NCBI RefSeq assembly: GCF_018977255.1
Contig: NW_024704742.1
Span: 1 to 64,000 of the forward strand
Reading direction: 5' to 3'
Origin: Callorhinchus milii
Taxonomy: Eukaryota
DNA length: 64,000 nt
Below the pieces are notes generated by a model that saw only the letters and a program-made list of their open reading frames with translations, was not told the DNA's origin and made no database searches. A program made the position numbers and the translations under genes. Shown here piece by piece: positions 25,354 to 36,710 of the stretch; position 1 is the stretch's first letter, and each line of letters starts with the position of its first letter.

Positions 25354-25541
25354 CTTGTCATGACGAAGTTGTGCAATTTCTTTTCTCTCTTGCTCCTCTT
25401 TTCGATTCTGCTTTTCCTGTTCTGCCTGCTCTCGCATCACCTCTTTATCAGCTTTGTACTTCTCAAATTCCATACGTTCTTTTGCTCTCTTCTCAGTTGC
25501 CGGCTCAAAGCTTTCCTGAAATACAGAAACAGAAAGCTTCT
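25354..25541 (-). CDS. TPX2: TPX2 exon (E)KLSVSVFQESFEPATEKRAKERMEFEK...EIAQLRHDK
   Basis: ccaacttag|AG ... AAG|gtaagt, 188 nt, phase 1->0. Confidence 0.9.
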
Positions 25542-26019
25542 CTAAGTTGGGAGACAAAGGCTCAAATAACTCAGCAAATTGTGACACAGAAAAAGTGAAC
25601 GTCAAGAAGGAAATATTGTGCAGACTGAAGAGCTGGAATACTATTACATCAGACAATCCTTTGTCCTTCAAATTTCTACCCAAACAGTTATCAGCACCAC
25701 ACGCATAACCAAATTGCCTTTCCTTTGTCACAAAAGGCCCTGTGCCAATAAGAGCTTTTATTAACGAGAAGATTGATCACTGGCACATCAGACAACAAGA
25801 TGCTCCTATGATTACACCCCCCCCCCGCCATTTATAATACTGCATCCAACACACACCAGCCCGAAATCTATGGAAGGGGGCAGGTGGGAGGACTTGCACT
25901 TGTACTGGGATTACTTTGAAGATGAAATACTGTGAATTTTAACAACAATCTGAAAGCTAGTTACCTGACTATAGTTTATAATATCAGACCATTTGGCAAA
26001 ACTTTAAAGCACACAATAC

Positions 26020-26131
26020 CTGTCAGTGATCGCTCTGCTTTCTTTGGCATGAATGGCTCTCGGCAAATAGCAGAGCTGGGGTTGGCTTTAAAACATGCAG
26101 CTTCCTTTTGTTGCCTGAGCTCTTCTTTCAT
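26020..26131 (-). CDS. TPX2: TPX2 exon MKEELRQQKEAACFKANPSSAICREPFMPKKAERSLT
   Basis: ttgaatag|ATG ... ACA G|gtattg, 112 nt, phase 0->1. Confidence 0.93.
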
Positions 26132-26711
26132 CTATTCAAAGAAACCAAACTCTCATTAAACTTCCGCTTAGTTTTCTCATCATGCATTACAGCAGATAGA
26201 AGGTCATTCCACAGCAGCTCTCACTCATCCCACTAATCGATTAGATACAGAGCCAAGATGCTGAATGATTCTTAACTCATTAACTGGGAAGCAGAGGCAG
26301 ACAGTAGCAATAGACACACTCCATTCACTTGGAACAGGGAGGCCACAGAAATCTTACACATCAACGTTCTCAAAGGCACCAAGATTGTTGAATCCGAGGA
26401 TCTACATATGATAATCTGGGTAATAAATAAATAAGCCTTGCATTTGATATAGTGCCAGATCACATCTTTGAGACACCTCAAAGTGCTTCACGGAATATAC
26501 TGTAAAGTGAATTGACTGTACATCTGGAAGCATTGTGGAGAAAAACAAATAGTTTATCGGATTCTTCACTGATGAAAGCTGTACAATCCGGTGCAGTTTT
26601 TAAATTACGCAACATCTACAGAACATACACGTACAGAACAAAGCTCATACAAAGAGTGTAGACCAAGTGGTCAGCAGATATTTAGCCAATCTTTCTCAAG
26701 AGTTTGCTTAC

Positions 26712-26858
26712 CATCTGCGTCCAGCGTTCTGCTTGAACAACCCCTCTCTCTTCTATGCGTAGATGGAAAGGCTGGAGTTTAGTTGGAGACTTCACCACCT
26801 TCTCTGGTAACTGAGCCAAGTCAAAGTCAGGAAGTGGCTGCGCTTTAAATGTAGGGAC
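26712..26858 (-). CDS. TPX2: TPX2 exon VPTFKAQPLPDFDLAQLPEKVVKSPTKLQPFHLRIEERGVVQAERWTQM
   Basis: ttgtatag|GTC ... ATG|gtaagc, 147 nt, phase 0-0. Confidence 0.93.
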
Positions 26859-27269
26859 CTATACAAGGTAATGGAAGGAAGTTTTAGCCATTTCTTGCAG
26901 GTTATAGTCTATTGTCTATTATTTAAAAATATTGAAATACAGTCAGAACATACGACAATGCCCCACATGCTATAACCGTTTATAGTTACCAATTTCATAG
27001 CAACCTTCCACCTCTGACTGCCTGCATCCTGCATAATAAGCAGAAGCATCACAGGCGGTTTCCCTCTGGCAGAGCACACATGAAAAAAGAGATGCCAATG
27101 GCAGCTATTTTCAAAAGACTGGTTATGATAGTAGTGGGTCTGAATCTATAGACCCAAACCTGATATTAGTGGGAGTTTAATTGCACGTTGTTCATTTAAT
27201 AAGACATAAATCCCTCAGAATCTAGCTATGCAATTTGTGTGTTAAAGTGATTGGTAATTAAAACTGACA

Positions 27270-27867
27270 GAATAATCCTTGCATTTGATATAGCAATTTA
27301 TCACGTTTTCAAGACTTCTCATAGTACTTTACAGAATATACTGTAAAGTGAATTGACTGTATAATTGGTGGGCAAAACGCAGAAACCAATCGCGCACAGT
27401 AGTCACATAAACAGTTGTGCATTGAGCGACAATTAAAAAAAATTTCTTGAAGGAATTATTAACTCCAGAAAAGTGATCTACCAATCGGCTAACAACCGGG
27501 TTCTTACTTGCTGCTAGGTAAACAGTTTTGCTAGGATAATAATAATAATAATAATAATAATCTTTGCATTTGATATAGCGCTTTTCACGCCGGGAGGACA
27601 TCCCAAAGCGCTTCACAGAACACACTGTAAAGTGAATTGACTGTATATTTGTGGGCGAACGCGGCAGCCAATTGCGCACAGCAATGTCCCACAAACAGTC
27701 GTAGATTGAAAATGACCAATTTATTATTGTTTTTGGTTTTTTGGAGGGATTATTATTAGGCTCTGTGGAGTAAGGAAACTTGCCCAAGGTTTCGCCCTCT
27801 GCCTGGAATTGAACTCAGGTCTCTCGTTTGCAAAGCGAGTGCTCTAACCACTGAGCTACAGGACTCC
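27270..27867 (-). mobile_element. Young SINE (27537-27867) abutting an older SINE (27270-27530) in a TPX2 intron
   Basis: Two aataatcc/tttgcatttgatatagc tails and Deu cores; full tRNA head at 27800-27867. Confidence 0.9.
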
Positions 27868-27905
27868 AGGATGGCTAAACTGGTGAGAAAGTTGACCACA
27901 CTTAC

Positions 27906-28088
27906 CTCAGCCATCTCTTTACGGATTTCTTGCAGTTTCTTTTCCTTCAGTGTTTGCCTCTCGTTGTCCTGAGCCTCAAATGAGAATGGCTGTATTTCTA
28001 CATTCTTCTCTTCCAGGGGTTTTGGCTTGAATGGGACGGCACAGTGTGGCATAGTGTTTATCTTAATCTGCTTTACTAGCTTTTCTTC
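27906..28088 (-). CDS. TPX2: TPX2 exon EEKLVKQIKINTMPHCAVPFKPK...QPFSFEAQDNERQTLKEKKLQEIRKEMAE
   Basis: acttgtag|GAA ... GAG|gtaagt, 183 nt, phase 0-0. Confidence 0.93.
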
Positions 28089-28264
28089 CTACAAGTTTAA
28101 TAGAAAGAAGCACTTTGATGTTATGGTACATGAAGCAAATTAAATAAGTGAAAGCTGTTTGCTGCACCAGCATGGATTATAATCATAAAAATAGGCTCTT
28201 TCCCAGTCATCCTCTAGTCACAACCTCAGGATTATTTTTCCAGAAGCGTGTCACAGCACCCTAC

Positions 28265-28360
28265 CTGCTCCTCTTTAAGTGGAATTCTTGTACGGCTTTT
28301 CACTGCAAAAACTGGAGAATGAGGCACTGTCAATGGTAGCTTACTCTTTTCTGGAACTCC
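28265..28360 (-). CDS. TPX2: TPX2 exon GVPEKSKLPLTVPHSPVFAVKSRTRIPLKEEQ
   Basis: ttttcttccag|GGA ... CAG|gtaggg, 96 nt, phase 0-0. Confidence 0.93.
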
Positions 28361-28482
28361 CTGGAAGAAAATCTAGTCAATTTTTAGGATATTAAAAAAA
28401 ATTACAACTAAATGCATGTCTCTTGAATAATAGAAACAATAGCTCCTATTCTGCAATGCATCTCAGCTCATAATATCCTCAC

Positions 28483-28694
28483 CACAACATCTTCCAGCAT
28501 CCGGATGGGGCACGGACAGGGATGGAAAAAGTACTGCTCCTGATCCTCGGGCTTGCGATTTTCTTCCCGCTTCCTGATACGATTGTCGGTCTCCAAGCGA
28601 AAGCCAATAAGCTCTGTGGGTTCGTTCACCGGTGGCTTCTCTGGGACCACCTTCCAGGATTCTGGGGTTTAGTTCTTGAGCTTTGAATCTGTAA
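28483..28694 (-). pseudogene. TPX2: TPX2 exon with internal frameshift: YRFKAQELNPRILEGGP/ /EKPPVNEPTELIGFRLETDNRI...PCPIRMLEDVV
   Basis: gcttcag|T TAC AGA ... GGT CCC A GAG AAG ... GTG|gtgagg. The two TPX2-like halves lie in different frames, consistent with a ~8-nt (3n+2) deletion relative to GGPILPKKPP. Confidence 0.88.
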
Positions 28695-29561
28695 CTGAAG
28701 CAGCAGCAATGACCAAAATCAGTGCTTTAGAAAACTACAGAAGTTACTCAAGTGATTGAAACCTCAGGAAGCAAACCTGGAAACCAAACCATTCACTTCT
28801 AACCAAAGAATTGGTATATTAATAAGTAATTTTTAACCTTTCTTTAGCGCTTTTGTATTGGAAAGATAGACATGAGAGCATACAGAAAATTGTATATCTA
28901 TAACTATGTTAAATTTCAATATTCCTAGAGTCCTGCGCACTTGCCTTGCAAAAAAGTCGCTCAATCCATGACTGTTTGTAGGACATTGCGCAATTGGCTG
29001 ATGCATTTCATCCACAAAATATGCAGTCAATCCACTTTACAATTTATTCTGTGAAATGTTTCAAGACATCTCAACAACATGATGGAAGCTGTATATCAAA
29101 TGCAAGGATTATTACTAGCACTTCCTGCCATGGCAAATCATACCCATCCGTATGCGTATATATATTAATAATCGGTTAAGTCAGCTAAAACGTGTCAATT
29201 GAACAATACTGATGTTCAAAACTGAGACTGGGAGCCGCACAGAAAATCAATAACCGATTGAGAATTATGGGTACATTAGCAATTTCTGAAAGCCTTTACA
29301 AATCATCACCATCTGACAGTGGAGCTCATGGCACCACATCGCCAACAGTTGGCATTTAAAAGCAAGAAAATTGACAAACTAAACTTTATGCATGTTCTAG
29401 AATATAGCAATGAACATAAAAAAGGCTTCAATGGTGCACGTTGGAAAAAAAATAAAACTTTATAGTGAAATGTTGAAACCCACTCACAAATTTATGGTCT
29501 TGTCATGGCTATTTTTGTAAACAGACCCCTGCACCAGTAAGTTCCATAAATAGCCACAAGG

Positions 29562-30017
29562 TGGAGCTCAGTGGTTAGAGCACTCGCTTTGCAAGCGAGA
29601 GACCTGAGTTCAATTCCAGGCAGAGGGCGAAACCTCGGGCAAGTTTCCTTACTCCACACAGAGCCTAATAATAATCCCTCCAAAACCCCAAACAATAATA
29701 AATTGGTCATTTTCAATCTACGACTGTTTGTGGGACATTGCTGTGTGCAATTGGCTGCCGCGTTCGCCCACAAATATACAGTCAATTCACTTTACAGTGT
29801 GTTCTGTGAAGCGCTTTGGGACGTCCTCCCGACGTGAAAAGCGCTATATCAAATGCAAGGATTATTATTATTATTATTATTGCTGTGCGCAATTGGCTGC
29901 CGCGTTCGCCCACAAATATACAGTCAATTCACTTTACAGTGTGTTCTGTGAAGCGCTTTGGGACGTCCTCCCGACGTGAAAAGCGCTATATCAAATGCAA
30001 GGATTATTATTATTATT
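29562..30017 (+). mobile_element. Young SINE with tandem duplication of its 3' half
   Basis: tgctgtg(t/c)gcaattggctgcc...gcaagg(att)n occurs twice in a row (~29739-29880 and ~29881-30017). Confidence 0.93.
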
Positions 30018-30576
30018 AAGGTGGATGACAAATGGTTGAGAATTGTTGCCAGCATCCAGGGAAAAGCCCTCTGCTGTTTTCCAATAGTGTCATGGATTAT
30101 AACTATGTTATGATACAGACTCCAGCATTGCATTGGAGTGACAGCACCAAGTAGAAGCTCAATTCCTGACATGGCTGAAGAGGAGAAATGAGACTATCCA
30201 AGTGACAGTACAAGAGTTTCCTGGATGCTAATAAGCTGTCTTTAGAAAGATATCTGAATTGTATAGAGTACATTATAGCCTAAAGGACTCCCACTCTAGA
30301 TTAGAGGAAAGCAATTCCTTCATCATCAAGGAGCCAATTAGTGTCACATTAACAGTGATTCAGCAGTATGAATGGTTCTACTGACATGTCACTTTTGAAC
30401 ATTCAATAAGGTTGGGCCGAGCTAGTCAATGTCACTCGTGACTCTCCCGCGCCCCCTCCCCTCCATTCAGCTGGTGGATCCTGCAATGACAGACTAGCAT
30501 AGTTTTATAACCACAGAGCTGAAGATATGGTGGCAATCATACAAACAACACCGAGTTTGGTTGAAATCCCATTTAC

Positions 30577-30754
30577 CTTCTTCCACAAGTTGCTTGCTTC
30601 TCAAATGATAATGTGATGGTGTGCGACGTTGAAATTCTTCCACCTGCTGTGCAACAGAGACATATGCTTTGCTCTCCATGTCTGTATGTTTTCTTTTACT
30701 CCCACAAGATAGGTGGAAAGGCTTCAGTACAGTACTTCCCTTCAGTGCACACAT
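30577..30754 (-). CDS. TPX2: 5'-most detectable TPX2 exon [59 protein letters not shown]
   Basis: ccattccag|ATG ... GAA G|gtaaat, 178 nt, phase 0->1. Contains the KRKH importin-alpha motif. Confidence 0.92.
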
Positions 30755-30833
30755 CTGGAATGGTAAGCTGTCAACATTACTACAGAAATTGTGCATATTT
30801 GGAAATTAAATGTTTTGGTATATTAGTATTTTT

Positions 30834-31030
30834 GGAGTCCTGTAGCTCAGTGGTCGGAGCACTCGCCTCACAAGCGAGAGACCTGGGTTCGATTCCCGGC
30901 AGGGCAAAATCTTGTGCAAGTCTCCTTATTCCACGTGCCTGATAAGAATCCCGCAAGAAAAAATTAAATAAAAAGTTTGTCACTCAATTCACGACTGTTT
31001 GTGGGACACTGCTATGCACAATTGGAAGAT
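30834..31030 (+). mobile_element. SINE 5' half, truncated by the CR1 insertion
   Basis: tRNA head plus Deu core up to gcacaattgg, then CR1 5' sequence. Confidence 0.87.
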
Positions 31031-33370
31031 GTGGGCCCCTGGAGCTCTTGGAGTCCCTGGAGCTCTTGGAGCCCCTGGAGCTCGAGCCAAGAGCCCAGAG
31101 TGAGCTACGTCCGGAGTGAGGCAAGGCCAGAATGTGAGGGAATTTGGTAAGAGTGGGAATTGCTGCTGTGGGTGTCTTGAGAACTGCTATCGTGAGTACA
31201 TAACCCAATTTGTTGTTGTTATTATTCAAGTCTTGTAGTAGTTGTAGTTGTTTTAAGTCTTGTGTTAGTTAAAATTGCTGATACCATTGGTACATTGGTC
31301 TTGTGTGGTAACTTTACAGGGAGCAGCAGTAGTCAATTAGGCCTAGCCAATAACAAGTAACTTATTGATTAACTTAATTTATTGATTAATCACTTGATTA
31401 GGTGTTAATTCCAAATTACTGCTGAGCAAATCAGAAACGGGTTGAACCCAGAAAGTATAAATAGGAGATAGCTCCGAGAGCCTCACTCGACCTGAGGCCA
31501 GAGTGTGAGGGAATTTGGTGAGAGTGGGAATTAGGTGCAGAGGGGAAAGTGGGGGCAGGCTATATATCTTTGTATCTATATAAAGATAGTGAAGATGGTG
31601 TGGCAGGTAAACTGCGAGGTCTGTCACATGTGGGAGTCGATGGAGGGCGCCTTAAGCCGGGGCGACTTCATCTGCCGCAAGTGTCTGGAAGTTAGGGAGC
31701 TTCAGCTGAGAGTAGCTGAGCTGGAAGCCCAGGTGCAAACACTGCGCTCATTAGGGACAGTGAGAGGTTCCTGGATGGTACGGTGGAGGAGACCCTCATT
31801 CCCCTAGGACTTACTGATAGCAGACCATCACTGTATAGGAACCATGAGAGAGGGGTACTGGAACCATTGGGAGGTCAGAGTTCAGGAACAGGACCACTCC
31901 CAAAGGAGCCCAACACACAGCCACATGCTAAAAGTGATTGGGTGACATTGCGATGGGGAAAGAAGAGGGCTTGTGCAAGGCAGAGCACCCCCAACAGAGT
32001 CCCGGTCTCAAATCAGTACTCAGCCTTAGCAATTAGGAGCGTGGAAACCTCCCGTGAGGACAGCAGTGAACATTCTCTCCAACAGGACAGGGGCATGGAT
32101 CACACGGGCAACACTGTTCTGATAGGGGATTCAACAGTACGAGGCACTGACAGGATCTTCTGTCATAAGAATCGTGAGGCTAGGATGGTTTGCTGCCTTC
32201 CTGGTGTGAGGGTAGTGGACGTACCCAGCGTGTGGACAAGATTCTTCAGGGGGAAGGAGAATGTCCAGAAGTCGTGGTCCATGTGGGGACCCAAGAAGAG
32301 GGCTGAGATACTCTAGGGCGAGTATCAAAAGTTGGGGAACAAACTCAAGGCCAGAACATCCAAGGTGGTGATCTCTGGGTTACTCCTGGTGCCTCAGGCA
32401 ACGGGGCACCATAATGGAAGGATCAGGCGTATGAACGACTAGCTGGAAAAATGGTCCAGAAAAGAAGGTTTCCGTTTTGTGGACAATTGGGACCACTACT
32501 GGGGGAGGTGGGATCATTACCTTGCGGATGGGCGGCACTTAAGCAAGGCAGGGGTTAACTTCCTGGCCAAGAGATTATCGAATGCTGGGGCGGCTAATTT
32601 AAATTGGTGGCGAAGGGGGGTGAGTATCCCAGGATACACAATAGATTAGGGAATAGAGGAAAAAGACAAGTGGGAAATATAGAGCAGGTACATGTGGACA
32701 ATTTCCTCAAATGCATGTACCTAAATGCACGGAGCTTAGGGAATAAGGTTGATGAGCTGCAGGTTCAACTGGCCGTAAGGGGTTACGATGTGGTAGCAGT
32801 AACTCAAGCCAGGACAGGAATGGGAGATAAATATTCCAGGATATAATGTGTTCAGGAAGGATAGAGAAGGTTGGAGGTGTGGCAATATTAGTTAAGGATA
32901 CAATTGTAGCTGTAGAAAGGGACGAGACCAGAATCAATCTGGTTAGAGGTCAGAAATAGGAAAGGAGTGGTTACACTGATAGGGGTTTACTATAGACCAC
33001 CAGATAGCGGGAAGGAGATAGAAGAGCAGATCTGCAACCAGATCACGGACAGATGTAGGGCAAACAGAGTTGTCAAAATGGGAGATTTCATTATCCCAAT
33101 ATAGATTGGCAAAATAGCAGCGTTAAGGGCAAGGCCGGAGAAAGATTCATCAGCTGTGTACAGGAAAATTTTCTGGACCAGTATGTCTCCAGTCCTACAA
33201 GGAAGGAAGCGTTGGATCTTTTCCTAGGGAATTAAGTAGGTCAGGTTGAACAAGTTTTGGAAGGGGAGCATCTAGGTAACAGTGACCATAATATTATTAG
33301 ATTTAGATTACTCATGAACAAGGACAAAGTACAGTCAAGGGTGAAAATGCTTGACTGGAAAAGAGCTAAG
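31030..33370 (+). mobile_element. CR1 LINE 5' part: 5'UTR, ORF1 (C4 zinc finger, coiled coil, SGNH esterase) and ORF2 endonuclease; frameshifted and 3'-truncated
   Basis: QVNCEVCHMWE..FICRKCLEVRELQLRVAELEAQV; VLIGDSTVRGTDRIFC..MVCCLPG..PEVVVHVGT; LKCMYLNARSLGNKVDELQ; LGNSDHNII. Stops and frameshifts present. The 5'UTR has a 9-bp ggagc(t/c)c(t/c)t minisatellite and a repeated gtgagggaatttggt block. Confidence 0.93.
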
Positions 33371-33374
33371 GCAG

Positions 33375-33635
33375 ACCAGGGAGAGAAAAGCTGTCTGGGA
33401 CCAGGATGATGTGGTGATGGTCACAGAAGAGGGGGAGGGGGAAGGTGAACTGTTATGGTCTGGAATTGTTGAAATCAATATTGAGGGAAGAGGCTGTAGG
33501 GTCCTGAGCAGATAACTGCGGTGCTGGTCCTCGAGCTTGCGCTGTGGCTCATTGGAACAGTGTAGAAGCCCATGCATGGAGAGGTCAGAGTGCGGGAGAG
33601 AGAGTTGAAATGGCAAGAAACCGGATGACAGAGAC
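33375..33635 (-). mobile_element. Penelope-like element, GIY-YIG C-terminal fragment
   Basis: PVSCHFNS../HSDLSMHGLLHCSNEPQRKLEDQH..LRTLQP resembles the PVA.HFN..H..L...GL.....RK..EQ.LIF.L..LQP.GLN terminus of fish Penelope elements. Confidence 0.75.
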
Positions 33636-34429
33636 TGATAAACAGGGTTGTGCTTGTGCAGTGCCCTGAGCACACTGAGAGACTGCCTGACACACACACC
33701 CACACACACAGAGACAGCCTGACACACACACACTGAGTCGTGATGTTTCTTACAGCAATCTTTGCAACACTTGTCCCACACTCTATATGTATCTCACACG
33801 CACACTGTTACACACCACTGTAAGTTGCTTTAATGCTGTGAGTAAAGCCACGGCAGGGAGATCTGAGCTGGAACCACAGCCCGGCAAGTGTCGTGGAAAA
33901 GAGAAGTGGGTTCTAACTGGTATCGAATTGGACAGTTCTTCAGATCAATGTGGGTCATTCACCTCATTTCTGTTTTGTGGGACATTGTTATGCTCAAATT
34001 GTATGTGTGTGTGTGTGTTCGCCCACAAATGTAGAGTCACTACACTTTACACTCATTCCTGTGAAACACTAGGAAAGGTTTGGATGGAGCGATGAGGCCT
34101 GGAGTTAAATGTAACAAAATATAGACTGGAGAAACCACAGATTTGCCCTTTAGCCTCTGTGTCTGATCTCCTTCCTCTTTTAAGTTGCTCAAGCTTTGTC
34201 TTTTCTTACTTGTTTCCTTCTTCGCTTCACCACATCCTCCAGAGCTCTGCCTGGCTCATCAGCCGGACATGGAAGGGGCAGGGAATCGTCCCCCTCAGCT
34301 CCTGTTAACTCTGCAGCCAAAGCCTTAACTAATGGGTAGGGTGGACCCGGCTGAATAAGCAGCAGGAAAGCTTGTCAGATAGTGTTCTCAATGACAAGCT
34401 GTGTGGGTTTAGCTAGTTAGACTCCAGCA

Positions 34430-35040
34430 GTTACTACAACCCCGAACCAGCCCCAGCGACCCCGGACCAGCCCCTCCCCCCCCAAACCAAACCAGCCCCC
34501 AACCCAGGACCCCGAACCAGCCCCCCCAGCCCAGGCCCCCACCCCGAACTAGCCCCCAGCCCATGTCCCCGAACCAGCCCCCAGGGGCCCCCACAGCCCA
34601 GGACCCCTTAACCCCCACCGCCCCCCTTAAACCCCGGGCCCCCCCTTAACCACCTCTCCTCCCTCCTCCCCCCCCAATTCCCCCCTTAACTCTCCGGACC
34701 CCCCTTAACCCCTCTCCCCTCCCCGATCCCCTTCCCCCCCTTAACTCCCCGGGCCCCCACCCCGGTCCCTCCTCTTGGCACCTCCCCTCGGCCCCTCGTT
34801 GGTCACTGACTCTTTGCCCCCCGAAGTCTCATCTCTGGCCACTCGGATCTCACTGCCTTGGCTGAGGGCAAAGGTCGGCTCTGCTCGGTCCCGCTCCCCT
34901 TCTTCACGGCCTCCCAGCCCCACAACCACTCGCTATCTCCCGTCCCCATCCTCACCATCTCCCATCCCCACCCACGCAATCTCCTGTCCCCCCACTCACC
35001 ATTTCCCATCTCCACCAACTCAGCCATTCAGTCCACTGCC
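34430..35040. repeat. C-rich/GC-rich low-complexity island with ccccgaaccagcccc and cccccttaac repeats
   Basis: Multiple C4-C9 runs, six ccccttaa motifs and raised CpG density. Confidence 0.75.
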
Positions 35041-35239
35041 CTGTCTGTAACTTGTGTATGACACGCTCTGCCCTGTGTGTAGTGCTCTCCTCGCTTGTGT
35101 AGAAACCTGGAATGTTATACCTCGCTCAGTGTCTCTATGCACTTGGGTTGCCATTTCCTCGGTTGGGGTGTCCGGACTGATAGAGACAGCACGAAGCACA
35201 ACCTCCTGAATTGAATGGCACTTTAAACAGTATTACAAT

Positions 35240-36710
35240 ACAAAATTACATTTATAAAGCACTTTTCACGTAGGGAGGACGTCCCAAGGCGCTGCACAGT
35301 CAGGGATGAGGGATCGGGACCCGAGCGGGGGTATGGGGTGGGAAGGGGGGATGCGTCGAAGAGGACGTTCTTGCTCTTGAAGGAGACAGGGGAGGGAGCG
35401 AGGTGAAGGGAATGTGGGATGGAGTTCCAGAGGGCGTAGGCAGAAACGCTGAAGGTCTGACTGCTGATCGTGGGGCGGGCTGGGTGGGGGACATGGAGCA
35501 GGCCAGAGCTTGCTGAGTGGAGTGAGTGGACAGGTTGATAAGGGGGTTAGCAGATCGGAGCGGTAGGAGGGTCAAGAGCTTGAAGGTGCTGACAAGAATT
35601 TTGAACTCAATCCTCTGAGGGATGGGGAGCCAGTGGAGGCGTATTATTAGGTACCGGCTCTCCCAAGTCCCTTTGCTGCTCTGATCCTTGTCACACACTG
35701 CTCTTCAATATATTCCCTCATCCTCACTCTCTCTAACAGTTGTGAGTCATTAATATACATGGAAAAAGTAGTGGCTCTGGCACAGACTCCATTGCACTGG
35801 AAGAACAGCAACAACTTGCATTATAACAGAGCTCTTCACGCAGGGTAGCATCTCGGGACACTCCCCCACCTAATCACCTTCTGCCTATTATCTGCCTCCC
35901 AACCTAGATAGATATTTGGGAAGGACAACTTTGCAGGGCTATGGTGAGAGAGCGGGAGAATGGGCTTAATTTGGATAAAGTTTGTGAGTTCACAGTCCAG
36001 GGGCTTGAACTTATAACCTTCAAACTCAGAGGTTACTGACTAATAACCTCAAACTCATCGAACTGTAAGCAACTTTGGGGTCAGTTTCAAACCCCAGTTA
36101 TCCTTCCTACCCCACATCTGCTCCCTGACCAGGACTGCCTCCTCCTCCACCTCTGGCACATAGCCTGCCATCTCCCGTCTTACTTCAAACACTGATGAAA
36201 CTCCCACCCTGATCTTTCGATTTATTTAGTTTAGTTTATAAATAAGCTGGGAGCTCCTAACCCGAGCTCCCAGCTTATTTATAAACTAGGTCCAAATGAG
36301 TCAAAACTCTCACCTGTACCAGGCTCCATACATCCATCATCGCCAGGCTCCACTGATTGATTTCAAGTTCCTCATTCTCACTTTCAAATAACTTCATAGC
36401 TTGTCACCTCTCAACCATTTCAATCTGCTCACACCCCACTTGACTCCTCTACACTCAGCTGACTCGGGTCTTCTTCACATCCCTTCTCTCATCTGCTCCA
36501 CAATTGGCTACTGTGCTTTCAGCCACTACACTAGAATCTCTGTCACTCAATGCCTCAGTTCCTTGCCCCCTTTTTAACAGTTTTGAAATCAAACCTGAAG
36601 AGTTTCTTCTTCCACCGTGGCTTCCGTCATCTCCCCAAACCATACTGCGTTAAGTCCTTCAAGATACTACCCGAGTGAAGGGTGCTGAATAAATGCAAGT
36701 TGTTGTTGTA
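35240..36710. mobile_element. L2 3' fragments (- strand 35240-35645; + strand ~36100-36710)
   Basis: RLHWLPIPQRIEFKILVSTFKLL on the minus strand; the + copy ends aaatgcaa(gtt)n. Confidence 0.82.

Larger units (their letters stand above)
23206..30754 (-). pseudogene. TPX2: TPX2-like locus, 5'-truncated: 8 exons of the C-terminal half, one internal exon not found, one frameshift (pseudogene, or a rescued truncated paralog)
   Basis: All exons have GT-AG ends and TPX2 motifs ([69 protein letters not shown]). A frameshift follows GGP at ~28642. No upstream TPX2 exons were recognised in 30.8-53 kb. Confidence 0.8.

Noticed and set aside
25354..25515. Stronger-looking acceptor tttcag|GAA at 25515 for the TPX2 penultimate exon
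   Set aside because: It is phase 0 while the upstream exon ends in phase 1; the 25541 acceptor keeps frame and homology.
29924..30172. Minus-strand ORF MSGIELLLGAVTP.. as the missing TPX2 exon
   Set aside because: It has a plausible acceptor but no TPX2 similarity and runs into a SINE.
30834..30906. Near-complete tRNA cloverleaf (anticodon CAC here, TGC in other copies)
   Set aside because: It continues directly into the SINE body, the acceptor stem is incomplete and the anticodon varies between copies: a SINE head, not a tRNA gene.
31535..33370. Active CR1 or domesticated esterase gene
   Set aside because: Frameshifts and in-frame stops in ORF1 and ORF2 in both copies; RT is missing.
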